A DNA stretch of 63,448 nucleotides, filler included, from Asterionella formosa (lineage: Eukaryota), in NCBI GenBank assembly GCA_002256025.1. It is 10 parts of 10 records of this genome, joined end to end, with 100 filler letters (N's around TTAATTAATTAA, not from the genome) between each part and the next. Parts side by side here need not be neighbours in the genome. Positions count along the whole stretch, not along the records: positions 1 to 18,242 come from NKIB01004138.1; positions 18,343 to 36,570 come from NKIB01004143.1; 8 more parts are not named here. The stretch is one strand, 5' to 3'. Positions 12,447-22,724 of this stretch are shown piece by piece. A program made the translations under genes and the position numbers. The notes beneath the pieces are model-generated. The model was not told the DNA's origin, searched no databases, and saw only the letters and a list, made by a program, of their open reading frames with translations. Position 1 is the first letter of the stretch. The number at the start of each line of letters is the position of its first letter.

Positions 12447-13106
12447 ATGTCGTCGTTCCCTCCACCAAAGAAATCCATGTCACTATTGAAGCACCTTGAA
12501 TTGACGAGAAAAAGAAAGAGTAAGAAGCACCATCCCAAGTTGGAAAAGGAAGTCGCTACTGATAATGCCCATTCAGAAACGGAACTCCAACCTCCAAAAC
12601 AAAGGGCCAAACCAAATCACAACCAGCCGCGAATGTTGAAGGAGGAAAAACAAGCCTCGAAGAAACGGCCACTAAGTCATTATCCTTTTGAATCTAATCC
12701 AAAACAACGATGGACTGAACTGACTGCCGTGGGGCATGTACTTGCTGATGAAGTTCATAGCTATCTTCATGACGACAAGAAGTCAGCGGATGACAAGCTC
12801 TCATGTGGAGAACAGCGGCAATTGATCACATGGAGTGCTGCCGTAGAAAAAAACATTTACCGTCAGAGCAGTTTGGTGCTGGAGAATGTCAATCTGACAA
12901 CTGAGCTTCGACAAACTCAGTCATCCGTTCAAGGGCTACGAGATGATCTACTGGTACTGCGAACGCAAACCAGGAGACTTGAGCACGAGAGCCAGGACCT
13001 AGAGGAGCAGATGGTTCAAGCTCGAAAAGATGAGAAGGCTTTGCAGGGGGCAAGCAGTTTTCTTTCTGCTCTCCAGAGTTTATGCCATGCCAGTAATGAG
13101 GACTGA
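12447..13106 (+). CDS. Basic N-terminus plus C-terminal coiled-coil protein, possibly CENP-U/Ame1-like
   Basis: ATG at 12447 in a CCACCATG context. NLS-like RKRKSKK and a heptad region ENVNLTTELRQTQSSVQGLRDDLLVLRTQTRRLEHE. The gene is likely; the family is tentative. Confidence 0.6.
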   Translation: MSSFPPPKKSMSLLKHLELTRKRKSKKHHPKLEKEVATDNAHSETELQPPKQRAKPNHNQPRMLKEEKQASKKRPLSHYPFESNPKQRWTELTAVGHVLADEVHSYLHDDKKSADDKLSCGEQRQLITWSAAVEKNIYRQSSLVLENVNLTTELRQTQSSVQGLRDDLLVLRTQTRRLEHESQDLEEQMVQARKDEKALQGASSFLSALQSLCHASNED

Positions 13107-13626
13107 ATCTTGATGAAAGCCTAGGTGTATCAGAGTGCTCTGTGATCTGGAATATATAACTATTAAGTATTAGGTTACCAACATTACAAGGATTGAGGTA
13201 GTTGACTCGGTCATACTAACCTAGAATCTTGGTTTTGATTGTTTGATTGGCTTGCATAACGTTGCAAAAGGATATATTGAGTACCGGAACTGGTATCGGA
13301 TCTACTGGAGGTGAAGAAGGGCAGCTGTCAAGTTACAATTGATTTATCGACAAAGAACTACCGGTATGCAAGAGTTCGTACCGGCGGTAGTTTCATCGAA
13401 TCTCCCGTTTTAAAACACCAATGCAATCATGATCGGGAAATCGAAACACGTGGAAGGTGGAGAAATATCTCGGTACAGAAATGCTAAATACGTACATGAG
13501 ATGGACAGGCGAACGTAGCAAAAATGACAAACCCTTTGGACAAGGGGAGTAGAGAGACCAAAGAAGAGATAGAGATACGGTAGGCAATTGGAAGCAAAGT
13601 AACTAGTTCGCACCCATTCATGAAAA

Positions 13627-16114
13627 ATGAGGGAGTCAGGAAAGACTTTGGTGGTCCTAACAGGCGTGTTGGCTCTCCTTTTATCCAGTTGTCAAGGTCG
13701 GGCAAGACCATTGACGGCTGGAATATTTGGGTTTGGCAAAGACGAACGGAACGACGATAGACCACCACCGCCGCCTGGTGGAATGGTTCGGCCGCCTATG
13801 AATCGGCTACCTCCAGCTGATCCAAGGTACGATCCATCGAACAGATCAACAACGCCATCATCTCGAGAGGCACAGAGAAAGCTACCACCGCCGCCTCCGC
13901 CGCTTCCTGAATTAAAAACAGACAAATCCGACGCACAGCAACATTCGGAACAAGGTGAAAATAGACAAGACCAATTGAATGAACTTCCCCCACCACAGTT
14001 CTGGGGTGGTTTCAACCCGTACTCATACGGCGGGCCTGGCTGGATGCCACCACCAGACCCTGCATGGACACCACCGCCACAAGATTGGCATCAGCAACAA
14101 TCATTTTATCCCCAAGAGGGCGAGGACATTGATGATTTTCAGCGTTTACAACGTGGATTAGACGAGGCATTGACCAGAGAATCCGAGCTCCTTGGTCATG
14201 TGCAAAATCTTACGTCAGCTATAGCCACCTTTCAACAAAGAGAGGATTTGCACGTACGGCAGCTCGACGTCTTGACTGAACGAGTCATGGACGTCGAAGC
14301 TCAAACAGCGTCGGAACAAAATGCTTTACTGGAGTATCAAGCGAATTGCACTGAGTTGGGGCATGCACTTGCTGTACTTCAAGACGAAATAAAAGAGTGG
14401 GAGAATAAATGTGCAAATCTGACTGCTAGGCATTTATCGGATGAGGCAAAACTCACGGAAATGATGGCTCAAGTAAAGGCCAGAAATGCTGAAGTAGAGC
14501 AGTTTGCCACGATTGTTGAGAAATCTCGACTTGCCGATGAGCGAGATCGATATGTGGCTGAAAGAATGAGAAAGAAGAAGCAACGTGGGTTTTTTGCATG
14601 GTTGTTCGGAATTGGTGACGGTGTTGATGGCGAGGAAGAGCGCCTACAGGTAAGTTGAAGGGATTTGGAATGTTATGCACGGCTACTGTACGGTCTAAAG
14701 ATTTTTGAACTAAATCAACAACGCGTCACAGGAACTTGCGAGATCCACGTTGTTGAGGGCCTTGCAGACGGAGCGAGATAATGTCCATGAACTCGAAGCC
14801 ATTTTATCCATTCTGCAGCAGAACAACTCAGCTATATCGGAAATGGTAGAGTCTCGAGATGAGCTCATAGATGAACTCAATGATCGTGTGGCTGTATTTG
14901 AGGAGGATAAATTGGTTCTTAAGGCAGCATTAAGGCAGCTACAGAAAGAAATGGCAGATGAAGCTCCAAAGACGCAGAAATTGATTGACGATTTACGAAG
15001 TGCTCGTGAGCACGTCAACGCACTAAAGGATGAAGTGAATTCGTTGATAAAAACGCACCAGAAGGAAGTCTCGCTATTGAAGGAAGTAATATCGAAAAAG
15101 CAACTGGCCATTAATGAGACCGAATCCAATCTCACAATGATTGGAACGTATGTTGACAAGCTTGAAGAGCGCCTGGCGTCCTTCGCTATTGCTCGTCGGG
15201 ACATTGAAATCCGAGAACAAATGTGCAATTCAATCAAGCAGCAATCAGTTGAAGTGCAAAACGAATGCGAAATTCTTCGAAAACAGGCCGCTGAATATGC
15301 TGCTGAACATGATGAACTCAAGAAACTGCTTGAGGAATTGGTCACTGAACGAAGTGCCATACAAAGCGACAAAGCGCAACTTCAAATCGAGAGAGACAAT
15401 TTGATTATTCAAAGCGACATGTTACGGTCAAAAATAGTTTCTCTGGAAGACGACGTTGGTGGACTGCATGATGTCATTGAAGAATGGAAGTACAAGGCAT
15501 CTGAACTTGAATCCACCGTGAGCGAACAACGTCAATATCTTGACGAATATGCTTGGAAGGAAGCTGGACGAGAACGTCTCGAAAACGAGGCTTTGGAACA
15601 GATCCGGCTAGCACAAGAAATTTTTCATGTTGAGAAGCAAGCCGAGCGTTTATCTGAACACGAGACGACCAGAGAAGTAGGAGCACTAGATGCAGTCGAA
15701 GTGAGCATGGAAGTACCGGTAGAATTCATCAACGAATATACCGTGCCTCCGGTTTTGGAAGCACTCGACATGCTAGCATCGCCGGGCAACTGTGTCAACA
15801 TTGACGACGAAAACGAATCAGTCAATTGCGAAACGGAGAAGGAAAGCACACTGATGCCGCCTGAGGAATTCATTGATTCCGAACCTATTCTGCCTCCTAC
15901 TTTCAACGACACGATTGTGGCCAACAAACCGCAGCCCCCAATAAAAGGGCCTCCGAGATCTGAGGGAAGTAATCCACCGCACCGCCGCAATGTTCCTCTC
16001 CGAAGAATTCGAAAGGCTTTCTCGAAAGCAACGGGAATCCACGGGGTGTTCACTAGTCCGTCCCGCCGACCCCCTCCTCTAGTAAGGCCATCGGATCCGC
16101 GAAAGGGATCATAA
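13627..16114 (+). CDS. About 800-aa long coiled-coil protein with signal peptide and Pro-rich termini (2 exons)
   Basis: Exon 13627-14649, intron GTAAGT...CACAG 14650-14731, exon 14732-16114 joined in frame (ERLQ|ELARSTLLRAL). Hydrophobic N-terminus and extended heptads. Confidence 0.85.
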
Positions 16115-16236
16115 ACGCAGTACATGTATGTGGCCGTGAAATGGCCCAGGGTCACTCCGGAATGCTTTTCTAAGTGTCTTACAATACATTAAGATCTTTT
16201 TTTCTTGAAAACTCGTCACACAACAAGTGATTTATT

Positions 16237-16789
16237 TTACATAGCGTAAGCGCCGCCAAGGCTCTTTCCCTGAGGCTTGTTACTGGGTAGGTCACCCCCT
16301 TGTGCCTTGACACGTTTGCATGCTTCAGCGCGGGCAGTACTGCCACTCTGACCATACTTGCACAATCCTTCATCTTGAGTTAGTTTTGGAAAACACTTTG
16401 GATCAAGCTTTGGGTTGCAATTCTTTGAATCGCTTTCGAGCTGAAACAGGATGGTAGTAGTGGGGTGAGACAAGACGGACAGTGGTTCCGATGGTGAAGG
16501 AATGGTTATTGTGATTTGACTGTCAAGTTTCGCAGTCACAGAAGTAACGTACCTGACTGTTAGCAAATGCATCCATATCCAGAGCACGCGCCGCAGGGAC
16601 ACCGGTAATAATACCGAACGCTCCTCCCAGCAGAGAGTGAAGGGCCTTGCGACGGCCAAAGTGAGGGGGGACGCCCAATTCTGCCTTCAGCGCAGTGTTG
16701 GTACGATGCGACGCCGGGAGGTTGCAGTAGGCGTCGGAGGGGCTTGCGAAGGAAAGCGCAAGTATTTGGCAAAGGCTAGTGGATCTCAT
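16237..16789 (-). CDS. Small plastid thylakoid-lumen protein (signal peptide, transit peptide, twin-arginine peptide) with 4 Cys in the mature part; 146 aa, 2 exons
   Basis: Exon 16789-16553, intron GTACGT...TTTCAG 16552-16441, exon 16440-16237 in frame. GRRKAL is followed by a hydrophobic stretch and AxA (ARA|LDMDAF). Mature part ...KNCNPKLDPKC...LCKYGQSG...EACKRVK...GKSLGGAYAM. Confidence 0.8.
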
Positions 16790-17785
16790 GGTGAATTCGA
16801 AGTTAGGGTATCAGGTAGTCTACGATAAATGTTATCAGTTCAATGAGAAATGCAAAGGCTTTGTATGGTGTGAAAAGGAAGGAAAACACCGGTATATAAA
16901 AAGAAAAAGAAATAACTTCGTTTTTAAGGTAAACATCAACGTAGGCTCGTCCACAGTCTCCGTAAACATACGTCGGCTTTGGGTATCGCCCGTTTGATAA
17001 CGAGAGCAGCGAGCATCACATAAATGTACTACCTGGTACATGTAGCAGCTATACCTAGTCAGCACGTTCTTTCTGCACCAACCCGGAGTGTCGCAACGTT
17101 GTGGCCATGGTTGCATCGCTAGTCAGGGGCAAAGTTTACGTCACCATTTCCTATGAATGTATCATACTGACTGGTGAAACAACCATCGATCTGTTACGTC
17201 ATTTCAGCTGAATCTTTTCATGCAGCTGAAATGATATAAGCACACAAAATCTGGTGAGTAATTTTGTTCTTTAAAATAAATTAGCTTTAAGTAAATATAT
17301 TTCTGACGCAGGCCTCATGATTCCTCCTATCTAATTTTTGGGTAATTTTTATTTCACCCAAAACCTCTTTTCTCTATCAAAACTTAGATTTATTTAGATA
17401 GCAGCAGGACGAGCGAGTGATAGGAATCTCTCCTGTCAAATGCTTCCCTGTAGCAACGTGTACCTACCTACTTGCAGTGAATCTTCAATAGAAGTAAATG
17501 CACAACTAAATCTATTGTTTGCTCACAGCAGCCCTTCATCTTGTAATTGTATACCAGAAAAGCTCCTCTGATTTGAGATGAATTCTTCAAAGAAGAAGAA
17601 TCGCAATGAAGACAGTAGTAATGAAGAGTATGTGGTGAGTGAATTCTCATACGTTTCTACATCTTCATCCAATGATCATGGCAATGCCACTGTCAGTGTT
17701 GGTGGTGCACAGAAAATGAGACAAGAATCCTTTCGCATGCATTTCAATGCTGTAGCTTTTGGTTTTTCAATGAAAACACGGCATC

Positions 17786-18137
17786 AGGCACAACTCCAGT
17801 TGATGCCAAGAAAACCGGAACAACAACAGCAACAAGGAATGAAAAGGCGGGCACAGGTACAACTCCTGTCGATGCAGAAACGGGAGCAATGACAACAACA
17901 AAGAATGAAAATGCAGGCACACCAGGTACAACTCCAGTCGATGCCAAAACCGGAACAATGACAACAACAAAGAATGAAAAGGCGTGCACAGGTACAACTC
18001 CAGTCAATGCAGAAACAGGAACAACGACAGCAACAAGGAATGAAAAGGCGTACACAGGTACAACTCCAAGTGCTGCCAAAACCGGAACAACGACAGCAAC
18101 AAGAAATGAAATGGCGGGCACAGGTACAACTCCTGTC
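17786..18137 (+). repeat. 66/69-bp minisatellite (about 5.3 copies), translatable as Thr-rich 22-aa repeats
   Basis: GG(T/C)ACAACTCC anchors at 17787, 17856, 17925, 17991, 18057 and 18123. The unit encodes GTTPVDAETGTTTATRNEKAGT, and that frame stays open into the contig end. Confidence 0.9.
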
Positions 18138-18242
18138 TTGCTTGTGCTGTGTGGAAATGGAACAGTGGTCAGTCATGAACTTATTCTGCAAACCTTTTTC
18201 TTTTCCTACAGACAATCAAACTGTTTTTGGCAGGGCAGCCAG

Positions 18243-18342
18243 NNNNNNNNNNNNNNNNNNNNNNNNNNNNNNNNNNNNNNNNNNNNTTAATTAATTAANN
18301 NNNNNNNNNNNNNNNNNNNNNNNNNNNNNNNNNNNNNNNNNN
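18243..18342. other. Artificial contig linker (N44-TTAATTAATTAA-N44)
   Basis: Six-frame stop 12-mer flanked by 44 N on each side; the same design occurs at 9 sites. Confidence 0.97.
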
Positions 18343-18529
18343 ATACAGTGTAGAGATTTTGTAGCAAGAGAGGTCTGATTTGATTGCGCGGCTGTAAATA
18401 TACATCGCCCTCCATGGTGAGAGGGGGTGCTTACCAGTGCTAGTAGGATCGCTGTTATAGTACTAGCTTAGTTTCTTTTGTTTACATTTTGATGCTTTGA
18501 CAAAATTGTTTGATTACTCTAGTAGGAGT

Positions 18530-19230
18530 ACCATGTCGCCCACTCCACAGTCCATCACCACCCTTGACCTTGTTATCATTTCATACTACTTGTTCTTGAT
18601 ACGCCCAGGCAAATACACTGGTTTACCCCATCGTGATGTAAATCAGTGCCCCCTTTTTATTCTCCAGCCAAGATGCGCAATTATGGATCAGCCACCGCCG
18701 TTTAGCTATACTTCACTGCCCCCTGACGATCTCCTCCATGCTACCTTCGTCGCACTCACTGTGGCAAGGCCATTGGTCATCAATGCAGTGGACACCCATT
18801 TGCATGCCCTGTAATGGTGGTGTGCCACTGGCTCATCACCCGCCTCTGCCTTCACCACAAAAACCCCACTACAACCCCTCTTAACCGCATTTACCACTCA
18901 CATCCCAGTGGACATAGTATGTACTCTCCCAGCACATCATGGTCGCCCTCCAAGCATCATCAGCCACCATCATCAGCCCATCCCTAGATTTTCTCCCCAC
19001 CAGCCAACATCAGTGCTCGATCTCTACGCTGAGGTGGCATCATGACTATCCTCTGTGCCCACATTGATACAGACCACATTTGCCTCATCGGCTGCTGGCC
19101 CCCAATGAAATGCTCTGTTAGTATTTACACCTTCAAGCACAACCTGTCATGCATGATCTTGCACGCCAGATGCGTGTTGGTGGCAATTCTTCCTTGATCC
19201 CTGGACAGGACATCCCCAATGCACTCCTGA
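18530..19230 (+). mobile_element. Degenerate tyrosine-recombinase gene (DIRS/Ngaro-like retroelement or Crypton relic)
   Basis: Decayed catalytic motifs DLVIISYYLFLIRPGKYT (FFLLRPGEYT type), ISARSLR*GGIMTILCAHIDTDHICLIGCW (HSLRxGGA...GRW type) and EMLC-YLHLQAQPVMHDLARQM. Stops and frameshifts present. Confidence 0.75.
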
Positions 19231-19580
19231 ATCAATCCATCCCAATCATCCCTTCCAGGATCCCACCCCTCTTGCCTCTGGCCCATCATATGGTGGATAC
19301 ATGCATCATAGTCTATGGACAAATGAGATTCACTGTGGTGCAGGTCGAAACCCCTAGTAAATTCGCCTTATACCACCACCATCACTCAAGTATCCCTATA
19401 AGTCTAGTATGTTAGTTTCCACTTCAAGTTTGGAGCAGACGAGAGCAGAGGAGCCCTTGATCGCAAAGCGGCAGAGGCCGAGAACGTACCGGGTATTCCT
19501 ATTCGAGAAAAGATAAGGCATTTTATTAGTACGGTATTTGGATTACCGATAGATATATTCGCACATTATACATTAGGTTG

Positions 19581-19624
19581 TACCTGGTACCTGGTACCTG
19601 GTGCCTGGTACCTGGTACCTGGTA
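19581..19624. repeat. (TACCTGG)n heptamer tandem array
   Basis: About six near-perfect TACCTGG units about 130 bp upstream of the URC1-like start codon. Confidence 0.9.
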
Positions 19625-19753
19625 CGCTTGCTGTATCTATTGGACTGCGCGATCATTCCTGCTCGTCGTCAGCATTTAATTTATCATTTCAGATCAGGTT
19701 CATTGGCATTATTAATAGTCGTTGAAGAACCACACTCTATAACACTGCAAGAA

Positions 19754-21382
19754 ATGGATTCTCTCTCTCCTCTGGGTTCCGCAAAAACCCCATCGTCTAC
19801 CAAAAACAAGCGCAAGGATTCCAGTAAGTTAGTCAATTCCTGCAACAGCAGTGTCGAAATTGCCGCCAATCAAGCGGTTCCTTTTTCTCTCACACGTTTG
19901 TCAAACAACTTCGTAACCCATCACACCTTGTTCATATAAACTAGGCGATGGCGTCCCCGTTCCTGAATTTACGCAGCTCGATCATATCAACTTGACGTCT
20001 CACGCGGATGCCTTTGGAGTTGACCCAGTACCCATTTCTTGGGGACATCCGGACCCAAGTGTGCGCGGACCTGTCATTTGTACAGTCCGGCATTCGGCAC
20101 AGCGCAATGCCATTGGGGCGCACGCGGGATCGTATTCCATCTACACTGGTCTCGCCGTGGCGGCAGGAAAGCTAAACCCCGACTATGTTCCCAATCTCAA
20201 ACTCACATCGCCCGTCTTTAATATTGGCCCACACAAGTCCTGGTCAGACCCAAAAAAGGTGGGATGTTTGGATCCATTTGGGCACTTGACGACTGAATGT
20301 TATGGGGATTACTTGGATAAAGGATGGGACATTCGTCCCACTATTGCGGTCACCAAGGCGCATATTGATTTGCCTGAGTGCCGTGAAGCGATTACTGCTG
20401 GTCGTCTGGTTCCCGATGGGAAGATTCTCATGGAAACTGGACAGTCCATCGTGTCCAAGGCAGCCATTGAGCCTGTGTGGTACCTTCCAGAAATCGCACG
20501 ACGATTTGGATGTACGGAAGCCAATTTGCGGCAATCCATCTTTCGTATGACCAATGGCATGTATCCAGAATTAATCACCCGTCCTGACATTAAGATCTTT
20601 CTCCCTCCTATTGGTGGTTTGACTATTTACATTTGGGGAGATCCTGATACTATTCCTGATGAAGATATTGAATTGACCTGTCGAGTTCATGATGAATGCA
20701 ATGGAAGTGATGTATTTGGCAGTGATATATGTACCTGTCGACCATACTTGACACACGCTATTGAAGAGTGTATCAGAACGGCTCAGAAAGGTGGCTGTGG
20801 TATTGTGATTTATTACCGCAAGGTGAGTCGAATGGATGGATTCTGAAGTGCCCCGGAATTGGAATTCGAATTGTTTTGTGTTTCTTATCTGAACCCGTTC
20901 TCCATTGTTCTTTTTACCTTGTTTAGGAGGGTCGATCCCTCGGCGAAGTGACCAAGTATTTGGTCTACAACACTAGAAAGCGTCAAGAAGGTGGTGATTC
21001 CGCAGAAAATTACTTCAACTGCACAGAAGTTGTTGCTGGTGTCCAAGATACACGCTTTCAGGCCATGATGCCAGATCCATTGCATTTTTTGGGCGTTACC
21101 AAGATTCATAATTTTATCAGCATGAGTGACATGAAATACAACGCTATTGTACAGACTGGAATCAAGATTGTCAATCGTGTTGAGATTCCAAAGGAACTGA
21201 TTCCTGCCGATGCTAATGTCGAAATCACGGCCAAGGTATTTCATGGATACAATGCTGGAAAGGCATACGAAGGCATTAATGAGGAGGATCTCAAGAAGAC
21301 AAAGGGACGAGACTACAATTACAATGAGAAGGCGGGCAAAAAGGCCAAAACCGAAAATGGTGATGCAGTTGTGAAGGAGTAA
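19754..21382 (+). CDS. URC1/Urg1-type GTP cyclohydrolase II family protein (about 467 aa, 3 exons)
   Basis: Exons 19754-19823, 19945-20822 and 20927-21382 with GT-AG introns, in frame. N-domain PISWG...RGPVI...RNAIGAHAGSYSIY, zinc motif RVHDECNGSDVFGSDICTCRPYL, YYRKEGRSLGEVTKYLVYN and SMSDMKY. Confidence 0.9.
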
Positions 21383-21708
21383 GGGATTCCACCCGTAATG
21401 TAGAACGAACTACTTGATATGAATGCTCTACATCGTGGGGCACGACAAATGTACAAACGTATAAAGAATAATGCAAACATGGTTCCGACGGCAAATATCA
21501 TCTTTTAAGGGCAAGCGTCATATGCTGTCAGGCCGTTAAGACCATGCTACTAATCGATGGCAGCACCTGATTTTTACACAGATTCGAGATCACTCTCTAG
21601 TAATGTATATTTAGCTGATAGTACTGTCAAGAGTGATGCGTCCAATCTGAGCTCATTTGCAGTAGGTGCTGATTGAAGCGCTGTGTATACTTTCTTCTTC
21701 TATTTTCT

Positions 21709-22724
21709 TTAAAAGTAGAATCCTCCGGTCCATTCATTGACAATGTCAAGCATTGGCTTGCCTTCAATAGCAGTGGCAAAGATGAGAGTCATAAGTCCGA
21801 GCATAGCCATACGTCCGTTCAAGATTTCGGCTTCCTCCGTCAAACCAGTTTTGAAGGCAGGGAAGTATCCAAATGGCTCCTTTCCACGGGCCACGGCACG
21901 TGCGTATTGAGGAGAAGATGGGTCCAACAGAAGGGGATCCGAAAACGGCAAAGGGCAAATGGTAGCCAACAAGGAAACAGCGAAAAAGTGAGCGTTGGCA
22001 ATCAAGATAATGGCACGCTCGTGAGAAATGGTCTCCTTTCCAGAAATGGTGGCAAGGGTTCCCCACTCCTTCAAGTCGAGCGGCACATCGGCATCCGGGA
22101 TGAGTCCGTGGCCCTTGGCATAGGCTGTAGCACAGATAAAGACCCAGCCAAACATGGCATGACGTCCATTCCACTTTTCGGCTTGAACGGAAGGTCCCCA
22201 GCCCCACTTGGCAAATTGAGGCCATTGCTGTTCCCAGTCCTTGACCGCTTCATCGTACACGGTGCTCTGCATCACAGTGGCACTGTAGTTCAACGATGGA
22301 AAGAGAGCGTGTCAGAACCAAAACATTGAGACATGTACCGCATCGTGACTACAGTGAGTAACGATGGTTTCACGAGGGACTTCTTATACTGGCATGCTGA
22401 TGGAGCAAGAGCCGTCATTGACGCATCGTCACCGACGAAGATGGTCTGTCCCCCATGATGAAGTAGGTCGAGGGCGGAAAAAATTGGAACAAAAGTTGTT
22501 GCCTACGTCACAGCGGGCTGGAAGATGCAAACGGGTTGCGTATCTTTTGACCTCAACATACATCAAATTCCGATTGCCGACGACGAAAATGAGGGAGAAT
22601 GGATCGTTTTCAAAATTCTTTTTGCCTACCTGGGAAGAGCTACCTTGGTGGCAGGAGCGACAGGGGCGAAGCCAGAGGCAACACCAACAAGGGCAAGAGC
22701 GGCAACAGTCTTGAGGATAGCCAT
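21709..22724 (-). CDS. RedCAP: RedCAP (red-lineage chlorophyll a/b-binding-like, LHC superfamily) protein with bipartite plastid targeting
   Basis: Exon 1 from ATG 22724 (MAILKTVAALALVGVASG|FAP, ASAFAP-type motif). Last exon 22282-21709 has WGWGPSVQAEKWNGRHAMFGW and EEAEILNGRMAMLG. The simplest in-frame intron is 22629-22283. Confidence 0.88.

Noticed and set aside
18287..18298. Recurrent TTAATTAATTAA as a biological motif (e.g. piggyBac target or PacI array)
   Set aside because: Always centred in exactly 88 N; a synthetic linker.
19300..19360. Hammerhead-ribozyme-like ...ATGAG-stem-CGAAAC downstream of the YR relic
   Set aside because: The CTGA core is missing and stems I and III cannot be formed convincingly.
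21673..22329. 218-aa plus-strand ORF
   Set aside because: Antisense shadow of RedCAP.
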